NCBI GenBank assembly: GCA_037445735.1
Contig: JBBIJY010000004.1
Location: forward strand, 60,674-124,673
Direction: 5' to 3'
From: Armatimonadota bacterium
GTDB taxonomy: Bacteria > Armatimonadota > Fimbriimonadia > Fimbriimonadales > GBS-DC
DNA length: 64,000 bases
Below are positions 56,366 through 64,000 of the stretch, one piece after another (position 1 is the first letter of the stretch; every line of letters starts with the position of its first letter). Under the pieces are notes generated by a model. The model was not told the DNA's origin. It saw only the letters and a list, made by a program, of their open reading frames with translations, and made no database searches. The position numbers and the translations under genes were made by a program.

Positions 56366-56577
56366 ACCGCTATGTGCGGCTGGGATTGCTGATCCTGCTC
56401 GCCGTGGTTCTGCTTCAGGTCGCGTTTCGTGTTCTGGCTATCGCGATGCGACTGGTGGCGATGCTGTTCCCACTGCTGTTGCTGGTGGGAGCGGGGCTGG
56501 TCGTGTACGGGCTGATCCGCCACTGGCAGCGTGCCCGCCTGCAGTCGCCCCTCTCGCGTCGCGAGCTGGAAGATTAG
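56362..56577 (+). CDS. Small membrane hypothetical protein
   Basis: Hydrophobic 71-aa ORF; GGAGG SD; ATGA overlap. Confidence 0.6.
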   Translation: MNRYVRLGLLILLAVVLLQVAFRVLAIAMRLVAMLFPLLLLVGAGLVVYGLIRHWQRARLQSPLSRRELED

Positions 56578-56583
56578 CAGGAG

Positions 56584-57849
56584 GTGACCCGTATCGCGCA
56601 GGTGCGAGCCATCGCGGAGCCAGAGCGAGCCATCCTGGTGCTGTGCCACACCGACCTCGAAGAATCGTACTGGGCGGACGAGATGCGGGCGCTGAGCCAG
56701 TCGGCGGGTGTGACGATTATCGCCGAGATGCGCCAGCGACGCCACAGCCCCGATGTCGCCACCTGCATCGGCAGGGGCAAAGCGGAGGAGCTGTTCGTGC
56801 TGGCTCGCGAAAAGGAAGCCGACCTCATTATTTTTGACACCGAACTGACCCCCGTGCAGCAGCGCAATCTGGAGGAGCTGACCCAGACGCGCGTGGTCGA
56901 CCGCACGCAGCTGATTCTGGACATTTTTGCGCGGCGGGCGCGCTCGCGCGAGGGTGCGTTGCAGGTGGAGCTGGCGCAGCTGCTGTACCTGATGCCGCGC
57001 CTGTCGGGCAAGGGCAACGCGCTCTCCCGATTGGGCGGCGGCATCGGCACGCGCGGTCCTGGCGAGACCAAGCTGGAGATGGATCGGCGGCGCGTGCGCG
57101 AGCGCATCGCCCACCTGCGCCACGAAATCGACGAAATCCGTCGTCAGCGCGAGCATCAGCGCGCGTCCCGACGCCGACTGCCCTTCCCCAGCGGCGCCAT
57201 CGTCGGCTACACCAACGCAGGCAAATCGACCCTGCTGAATGTGCTATCTGGCTCGCACACCTATGTCGATTCGCGCGTGTTTGCCACGCTGGACCCCACC
57301 ACACGCCGTGTGGTGCTGCCCGACGGCTGGTCGGTGCTGTTGACCGACACGGTGGGCTTCGTGGAGAATCTGCCCCCGATGCTGTTAGAAGCCTTCCGCG
57401 CCACGCTCGAAGAGGTGCTGGAAGCCGATTTCCTGCTGCATGTAATCGACATCTCCAGCCCGCACTGGGAACTCCAGCGCGACGCGGTGGAGACCACGCT
57501 CGTCGAGCTGGGCGCAGATCAGAAGCCCACCATTCTGGTGTTCAACAAGGCGGACCGCGTGCGCGATACCTACTGGCTGCGCCAGCTGGTCGCCGAGCAT
57601 CCGAACTCGGTCTACATCTCCGCGAAGCAGGCGCAGGGCATCCCCCACCTGATGGATCGCATCGTCAGCACGCTGCAGGGGATGCTGGTGAGCGTCGATG
57701 TGTGGCTGCCGTATGAGGCGAGCGCGCTCGTCGCCGAATGCTACGAGCTGGGGCGCGTGCTGTCGGTCGACTATCACGAGCAGGGCATCCACCTGCGCGC
57801 GCAGGTCATCCCCACCGTCGCCGCCAAACTGCAACCGTATGCTAAATAA
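56584..57849 (+). CDS. hflX: GTPase HflX
   Basis: [49 protein letters not shown]. Confidence 0.96.
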   Translation: MTRIAQVRAIAEPERAILVLCHTDLEESYWADEMRALSQSAGVTIIAEMRQRRHSPDVATCIGRGKAEELFVLAREKEADLIIFDTELTPVQQRNLEELTQTRVVDRTQLILDIFARRARSREGALQVELAQLLYLMPRLSGKGNALSRLGGGIGTRGPGETKLEMDRRRVRERIAHLRHEIDEIRRQREHQRASRRRLPFPSGAIVGYTNAGKSTLLNVLSGSHTYVDSRVFATLDPTTRRVVLPDGWSVLLTDTVGFVENLPPMLLEAFRATLEEVLEADFLLHVIDISSPHWELQRDAVETTLVELGADQKPTILVFNKADRVRDTYWLRQLVAEHPNSVYISAKQAQGIPHLMDRIVSTLQGMLVSVDVWLPYEASALVAECYELGRVLSVDYHEQGIHLRAQVIPTVAAKLQPYAK

Positions 57850-58879
57850 CTGGTCCGAACTGGGCGCCGAATACGCGCTGATCGGGCGCATCGCTCGCGC
57901 CGCGCTGGGCGGGAGCGACCCGCTTCACCTGTCAGCGGGTGCCAGCCTCATAGAGGGTATCGGCGATGACGCCGCCGTGCTACAGGTGGGCGACCGCCTG
58001 CTGCTGTGGACAGCCGATATGCTGGTTGAGGGCGTCCATTTTCGGCTCGACTGGATGGACGCCCGCGAGCTGGGCTGGAAGTCGCTCGCGGTCAATCTGA
58101 GCGATATAGCGGCGATGGGGGGCGAAGCGCTCGGTGCGCTGCTAAGCCTCGCGCTGCCGCCCGAACGCACGGGCGACTGGCTCGACCGATTCATCGAGGG
58201 CTTTCTGGAGTGCGCCCGCCGCTATGGAGTGCCCCTGATAGGTGGCGACACCAACCGCGCTGCGTCCGCGAACGGCGCCCTCATCATCGATGTGAGCGTG
58301 CTGGGCAGCGTGCAGGAGGCGCCCGTGCTGCGGCGGGGCGGTCAGCCAGGCGACTGGCTGCTGGTCACAGGCGCGCTGGGCGGCTCGCGGGCAGGACTGA
58401 TGCGCCTGATGCAGGGCGACCGCTCCGATAGCGAAGCCCTGCAGGCGCATTTCCGACCCGTGCCGCGCCTTGCGGAAGGGCAACTGCTGCGCGCAGGCGG
58501 CATTCATGCCATGATGGACATCAGCGACGGACTGGCGGCGGACCTGCCAAAGCTGGCGTACGCCTCCCGCTGTGGCGCCGTCGTTCAGTCGGTGCAGATA
58601 CCCGTTCATCCAGCCGCACAGCGTTGGTGCGAGCAGAGGAGTGAAGACCCCACGCTCTTCGCGCTATCGGGCGGTGAGGACTATGAGCTGCTGATCGCCG
58701 CCGCGCCCGCAACTGCCCAACCGCTGATGGAGATGTTGCCCGCCCAGACAGGAACTTCCCTCACACCCATCGGCTACCTCGTTGAAGAGAAGGGGCTATG
58801 GCTGGAGGATGCGGACGGCAACCGCACACCGATGCCCGCAGGCGGCTGGGATCACTTCGAAAGCATCCCAGGCGTTTGA
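57839..58879 (+). CDS. thiL: Thiamine-monophosphate kinase
   Basis: [46 protein letters not shown]. Confidence 0.95.
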   Translation: MLNNWSELGAEYALIGRIARAALGGSDPLHLSAGASLIEGIGDDAAVLQVGDRLLLWTADMLVEGVHFRLDWMDARELGWKSLAVNLSDIAAMGGEALGALLSLALPPERTGDWLDRFIEGFLECARRYGVPLIGGDTNRAASANGALIIDVSVLGSVQEAPVLRRGGQPGDWLLVTGALGGSRAGLMRLMQGDRSDSEALQAHFRPVPRLAEGQLLRAGGIHAMMDISDGLAADLPKLAYASRCGAVVQSVQIPVHPAAQRWCEQRSEDPTLFALSGGEDYELLIAAAPATAQPLMEMLPAQTGTSLTPIGYLVEEKGLWLEDADGNRTPMPAGGWDHFESIPGV

Positions 58880-58979
58880 AAACCTCGTCCAACATCGTTC
58901 GCTATCGTTATCTGTTGGGACAAAGGCATAGTGAGGCGACTATACCCCATTCACTTTCTTGGATAGTCTCTAATATGAG

Positions 58980-59453
58980 CTAACACGGTTCTTCGTAGAA
59001 AGCCAGCAACTGGTTACCTTGGCATACTGCTTTGCCTTTCGCCCCTTCTTTCAGCCGCCTATACAAGCTGTAAGTACACTCATATTCCTCTACGCTGCCA
59101 TCTGGCAGCTGCAAGTGTGCATAAAACCCTTGCATTAGTGTCTCTAATCCATCACAATCAAAACATATTTGTCCTTCACTATTGATTGCAAAGCGACTGA
59201 TCACTACCACACCCTCGATAGAGCATTTCTGACCCCATCGGCGCGTGAGATAGACAACTGCTAAGCAGAAAATGCCAATGCCGAAAATAAACGCTCCTAT
59301 CATAAACAGATTACCTATCAACATCAATCTGTGATAACGATTGATTCGATACGGATGGGGCGATAGCGAATCGACAAGCATTATTCCTGTCGCTACCCAC
59401 AACCCTGCTCCCAGCAAAAGAACCGTACTAACAAACTGCTCTTTGCGACGCAT
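58980..59453 (-). CDS. Two-TM hypothetical protein (toxin-array associated)
   Basis: Two TM helices plus a small beta domain; GAGGAGG SD; AT-rich. Confidence 0.65.
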   Translation of the reverse strand: MRRKEQFVSTVLLLGAGLWVATGIMLVDSLSPHPYRINRYHRLMLIGNLFMIGAFIFGIGIFCLAVVYLTRRWGQKCSIEGVVVISRFAINSEGQICFDCDGLETLMQGFYAHLQLPDGSVEEYECTYSLYRRLKEGAKGKAVCQGNQLLAFYEEPC

Positions 59454-59468
59454 GACCCACCTCCTCTA

Positions 59469-60071
59469 CTACGGTGCACACACTATTTCATATGTTACCG
59501 TTCCCTGACGGCTGCGCAGCATCCATTTCGCAGACCGCAGCGACCAGATAACGGTTCTATCAGAAGGACGATAAACTGCCAGCTGGATTCCCGTTTGGGC
59601 ATCAATCATATCCACCTGCCTTGCCCGACGAACCTCATATGCTTGACGACCGCAGTAAGTGGTTGCAATTAGATTGCTGCCGAGGCGTGCGCGTATTGTT
59701 TGAGATGAGGGGAAAACAGAACCAACATAATAGTTTGCCTGCAATGATTGTAACGATTGACCGTTATCGTTGATCTGAATGGGCGGATCAGTTCGACGAT
59801 GACCTGCTCTATCAAACCATTCAACAATAATTATCCGACCTTGCTTGTTCCCGCGCACGGTTGTCCTCATCGTTTCTCCTCGCACTTGACGCTCACCTCG
59901 AATCTCAAAACTATTTGCGTCCACTCGCAGATACTGCATAGATCCACCTGATGCCGTCATTTCAAAAGCCAGCACTTGCCAGCCTGCAGGATTGGCAACG
60001 CGCGCTTGCCGCTGACAACCTATCCATAGAGTTAAAAATAAAACAAAAATTATCAAATATATATTACGCAT
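59469..60071 (-). CDS. Putative lipoprotein, candidate immunity protein
   Basis: Lipobox-like WIGC after a hydrophobic stretch; AT-rich; directly follows the orphan Rhs tip. Confidence 0.6.
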   Translation of the reverse strand: MRNIYLIIFVLFLTLWIGCQRQARVANPAGWQVLAFEMTASGGSMQYLRVDANSFEIRGERQVRGETMRTTVRGNKQGRIIIVEWFDRAGHRRTDPPIQINDNGQSLQSLQANYYVGSVFPSSQTIRARLGSNLIATTYCGRQAYEVRRARQVDMIDAQTGIQLAVYRPSDRTVIWSLRSAKWMLRSRQGTVTYEIVCAP

Positions 60072-60093
60072 AACTATTCACCTTGCTGCGATT

Positions 60094-61030
60094 TTATAAA
60101 TTCTCAATAACCCATGTAAGCGACTCGCACGGAGTGCGTTCTGGTATCTGGTGCCATGCCTTTAGCAACTCACAAATTTTCTCTAACCAGTCCCACTCAT
60201 CTTCAGGGATTGTAGGTGGATCGATGACCGTCACACCACAATCGCCTGGCTCTTCAGGACATGAAGCTGCGCACCTGGAGTAAGCTGCGGGACCGCACTT
60301 CTCACCACAACACATTATGCAGGTTAGGGCACAGTCACCCCAATTGTAATCCTGCGCTTTTGCCTCCTTACAATTGGCATCATACTCCAAGCAAGCAGAG
60401 CCATCATGGGGCGGTTGTGGGTCTGAAAGCATACCCCCAGGTGGGGCCGGAAGCGCGGGCGGAGCAGGAGGTTGAGGGGTAGGGTGTTGGGGATGGAGGG
60501 GCAGGCGCAGGCGAAGATGGAGGTGGTGGAACAGGTACAGGAACTAAGGGCGGCTTTGGGAATAGCAATCGGGCTGAGCGACCAAATTGCGGTAGGTATG
60601 GATAGAAGGGTAACCAAAATATTGGGTAGTCTTCGTGTAGAATAAATGATGGTATGGGGACACTGGGAGCAGAAACTGCTGGTTGCCCAAAGTGGTCGCG
60701 ATAGATGAAATATGAATTATTCGAGCTGTTCATTGACATCAAAAGAAAGATACTTCCTATATGCAGAGCAAAGATGCTTATGTTGTTTCCGCCCCATAAG
60801 GTTGCTTGAGAGGCCTTCACCCAGCTGATAGAAGCCCAATTCGCATCACTTATTTGCCTGACATACACCCGCATCGGCACACCTCCACACCCTATCCGAC
60901 ACACATACCGATACTCCTGCTGAGCCAGACCATCCCGCTTCCACACCCGAACACCATCACTATTGTACCCATACTCGTATGCCACCTGCAAGTTTTTACC
61001 ACCATGGTCGCGTTCTATCTGTATCGACTA
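60094..61030 (-). pseudogene. Orphan Rhs C-terminal module (5'-truncated, +1 frameshift in Pro-rich linker) with Cys-rich tip
   Basis: YEYGYNSDG..EYRY.C.IGCG matches FRYNSDG..EYRF.C.LSCG of the upstream Rhs; two ORFs join into one Pro-rich reading if 1 nt is removed near 60482. Confidence 0.75.
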
Positions 61031-61095
61031 AGCGTCTACATAATTACACAACAATTCTATCAAAAATCAGATTCTCATCTGGCAGCTCACATATT

Positions 61096-62079
61096 CTAAT
61101 GCAATGATCCTATATCAAGGATCTTATGCAAGTCTAAACCATCCAGCTGCACTTGCCATAGAGCTGGATATCCTGTATCTGATAAGAAGAAAAGATTGTC
61201 TCCAATGCACTTCAGTTGAACTATCCGATTTCGGAACTTCACCAGTTTCTTGGTTTGATGAACCTTTCGATCGAAACAGTAAATTTCGTAGTTGTTCACG
61301 GCTGGATCGTGAAGCAGATAACAAAAGAATCGCCCATCCCTACTGGCAACTAAAGTCTCACTATACATAGGTAGAGGCTGCCGGCGCATGACTCGAGCAT
61401 CTGGCATCGTGAGGGGCTTGTCCAGCTCTGCAAGAAACCATCTTTTTCCACGACTGGTGTAAAAGGAAATGATGACATATTTATCACTAAGAATTTGCTC
61501 TAATTGATAAGGACTCGTATCCAGTTGTAAAAAGGTTCTGCTTCCGTTCGAGGCATCAATAACTATGGTCGATTTTTCAAGTCCATAAATTTCCCATCCA
61601 AATATTGTAAGATATATATGAATATAATGTTGTCTAAAAATAAACTTTTGAGATGAAATTTGTTGAATTCGTGCTTCCCAAACACGCCTCGCGTCCGTTA
61701 GCCGATGCATTGCGCCAGTATGCAAATTTACAAGATAAACATATATATCTGAACTAACCCGACTGCGTTGCAAGCGCACTGATAATACTGCTTGATTCTC
61801 ATTGATCGCACAAATCTCTTCAATACTACCTGCTATTTGCATCAAGCGTCTGAGCTGACCATTTAGACGATCAAACTTAAAAAGAATATCATATTTATCT
61901 GATTTACTATTGAAAATAATTATCCTTCCGGAGGGTGCTATGTCAAATACAGGGCTGATCTCATCCGCGCGAATCGTGTCTGCCCGCCAAAAGGTGCCAT
62001 AAAGACAGAGCACCGGACATAGTGCTATTATCATCATCATCAGTAACCCTGTACGAACCGATGGCTGTTTGTGTCGCAT
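61096..62079 (-). CDS. Membrane-anchored TolB-like beta-propeller protein, candidate immunity protein
   Basis: N-terminal hydrophobic segment; repeats such as APSGR.IIF, DIYVY.V.L.TG..RLT and SRDGR; very AT-rich; starts 6 nt after the Rhs stop. Confidence 0.6.
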   Translation of the reverse strand: MRHKQPSVRTGLLMMMIIALCPVLCLYGTFWRADTIRADEISPVFDIAPSGRIIIFNSKSDKYDILFKFDRLNGQLRRLMQIAGSIEEICAINENQAVLSVRLQRSRVSSDIYVYLVNLHTGAMHRLTDARRVWEARIQQISSQKFIFRQHYIHIYLTIFGWEIYGLEKSTIVIDASNGSRTFLQLDTSPYQLEQILSDKYVIISFYTSRGKRWFLAELDKPLTMPDARVMRRQPLPMYSETLVASRDGRFFCYLLHDPAVNNYEIYCFDRKVHQTKKLVKFRNRIVQLKCIGDNLFFLSDTGYPALWQVQLDGLDLHKILDIGSLH

Positions 62080-62085
62080 CGCTTT

Positions 62086-64000
62086 TCAGGGAGCTAGAAC
62101 GAAACACCAAGCGGGACGAACCTCTGGTAGCAAACCAATCAACATTTTAGCAAGTAAGCAGGTCGTCGGGTTCGGAGATTGATTGCAATCGACCTGCATG
62201 GCACATTTATATAAACTACAGTCACATAACATACACATCGGTGATATAATTATTTGAACAATTCCACAATTATTCTGATGATAACAATCATCATGAGCAA
62301 AACAGCATGAATCCAAGGCATCTATGGGAGGCAATCCAGGTCGAATACCACCCCCCCTATTAGGGAGACGGTACTTATCTGGAGGGTGCCCCGGGCCACA
62401 CCAGTTACCATGTATACCCCCTGGGATAACCACCACAGGACTTGGTCTGATAGGTCGGCTGGGTGAGCCGGGAGGACTAGGAAACGGCAACCAAGGTGGG
62501 TTTATAGGAGAAGTAGGCGGACTTATAGGCTCACCTGGTGTGACCACAGGTGGAAACACGATCACAACCACTCCAACCGCCTTCAAACGACACGGAATGA
62601 GCTCCCATATATTGCCCGGCAAATACGGATACGGCAAATCTAACGGCGGCGGCACAGGATGATAATACGGCGGCATCGGACGATAGGGAGAACCTATCGG
62701 TGACGGGATCCCAACAGGTTCATCAAAACTATCCTTCACATACCCAGCATACACAGTCCCATCCTCGCGCAAATCCTGAACCCATACCGCATTCGGCGAA
62801 CGCAACTCACTGCTCGCAAACGGATCGCTGAACCACCAGCTGGTCGGCGTATGCACATAGTCCTCCTGAGCCACCCAATCGCCCCCCAAACCCGACAGTG
62901 GACGACTGTAGGTGCGTCGTATGCCTGCCCCACAGCTCAGACTACACCCAAAGCGATATTCCTTCTCTTCCCAATTGTTGATCATTTGTACCAGACAACC
63001 GTCGCTATTGTACCGAAACTCTTGCAACAGGCGCATCTCGCTTTCTCCTTCGCGGCGCCAGAAGCGAGTGAGCAAACCTGCCTCATTATATTCAAAGAAC
63101 CGTTCATAGATGATAGATTGTCCTTCTGGAGTTGGCACAGGACCGACCCACCGCACCAGCATGCCCTCCGGGTTCCAGCTGAAACTATATACCACATCGG
63201 GGTCCGGCACCTCATCCGTCACCGACACCAGCCGCCCCGACACAGGGTCATACCCATACACATCCCGATGCCGACCGTTCACTATATCCTCCCGCTCCAC
63301 CCACTGCCGACTGCCATCCAGGTTGTACTGATAGACCCGCCTGTACGCCACCTGACCCGTGCGCACCTCGCTCCCTAACCGACCCGCAGGCGTGTAGCTG
63401 TAAACCGTCGTGTCCCCACTCGGACGCTCCACGCTCTGCTCCACCCGACCCAGCAGGTCATAAGTGTACTCGTACCCGATCAACAAACTCCCATCCCCCC
63501 GCTTGTGTTCCACCTTCCACACATGCCCCACCTGCGACGGATTGTCCGCGCCATAGTAAGTATACGCCACAAAACTCCCGTTCGGGTAATCCTCTCGCTG
63601 CAGCCGCCCCGTGCCCCGCTCATAACTGTACACCACACTGCCCCGATAATCGCCCACGCTTTGCAGCCGTCCCAGCGCATCATAGGTGTACTCAATCGTG
63701 CGCACGACACTCTCGTCCGACCGACGCTCCTTCTCAAACCGCTTCCTGCCCGCCGCGTCGTACTCCGCCGACACCACCTGCACCTCTATGCCAGACTCGC
63801 TCCCGCAGCATCCCTGCTGGCGCAGCACCCGACCCCACGCATCGTAGGTGTAGTCCCGCCGCCCAACGCCATCCGCAACCCACACCCGACGGTTCTCACC
63901 GTCCCAGCCCATGCGCACATCGGCACTGCGCGGATAGTCTATCCCCCGCAACCGACCCCACGCGTCATAAATATAGGTCGTCACCTCGCTCCCGCTCGCC
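62086..64000 (-). CDS. Rhs/YD-repeat protein with C-terminal phospholipase A2-like domain (5' end outside the window)
   Basis: Multiple Y.YD..GR repeats; tip HGNWCGPG..PIDALDSCCFAHDDCY..CD..L..C. Confidence 0.88.
   Translation of the reverse strand, partial: ASGSEVTTYIYDAWGRLRGIDYPRSADVRMGWDGENRRVWVADGVGRRDYTYDAWGRVLRQQGCCGSESGIEVQVVSAEYDAAGRKRFEKERRSDESVVRTIEYTYDALGRLQSVGDYRGSVVYSYERGTGRLQREDYPNGSFVAYTYYGADNPSQVGHVWKVEHKRGDGSLLIGYEYTYDLLGRVEQSVERPSGDTTVYSYTPAGRLGSEVRTGQVAYRRVYQYNLDGSRQWVEREDIVNGRHRDVYGYDPVSGRLVSVTDEVPDPDVVYSFSWNPEGMLVRWVGPVPTPEGQSIIYERFFEYNEAGLLTRFWRREGESEMRLLQEFRYNSDGCLVQMINNWEEKEYRFGCSLSCGAGIRRTYSRPLSGLGGDWVAQEDYVHTPTSWWFSDPFASSELRSPNAVWVQDLREDGTVYAGYVKDSFDEPVGIPSPIGSPYRPMPPYYHPVPPPLDLPYPYLPGNIWELIPCRLKAVGVVVIVFPPVVTPGEPISPPTSPINPPWLPFPSPPGSPSRPIRPSPVVVIPGGIHGNWCGPGHPPDKYRLPNRGGGIRPGLPPIDALDSCCFAHDDCYHQNNCGIVQIIISPMCMLCDCSLYKCAMQVDCNQSPNPTTCLLAKMLIGLLPEVRPAWCFVLAP

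Overview
GC-rich bacterial chromosomal segment. Taxonomy is an inference: a C-terminal DVNGDGCVDDADLLxxLFAFG dockerin-like tail and several prepilin-type proteins suggest Armatimonadota. Most of the window is housekeeping genes (M32 carboxypeptidase, polyprenyl synthase, lysS, nagA, S1 protein, coaE, glnB, folD, trpA, dsbD-like, rbsK, pgk, mscS, hflX, thiL). Three accessory blocks stand out. (1) About 7.25-10.9 kb: an AT-richer island with its own promoter, small secreted and pilin-like genes, and an adjacent DNA methyltransferase. (2) 14.6-30.4 kb: a co-oriented envelope cluster. Three large secreted proteins share a ~430-460 aa C-terminal module that ends in an FlgD-Ig/T9SS-CTD-like tail (..PPGTY..ARA..TR-stop). 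They sit with two CsgG-like proteins and an Ig-domain/LptD-like beta-barrel protein. This is the best candidate for an undescribed export or surface-display system. (3) 58.9-64 kb: an AT-rich polymorphic-toxin array with a non-canonical Rhs/YD protein carrying a phospholipase A2-like tip, followed by a frameshifted orphan module. Also seen: many genes with a -10 box directly before the start codon (probably leaderless), REP-like palindromes, and a truncated VapC. No rRNA, tRNA, CRISPR array or transposase was recognised. All protein calls come from reading motifs by eye; no database search was run.
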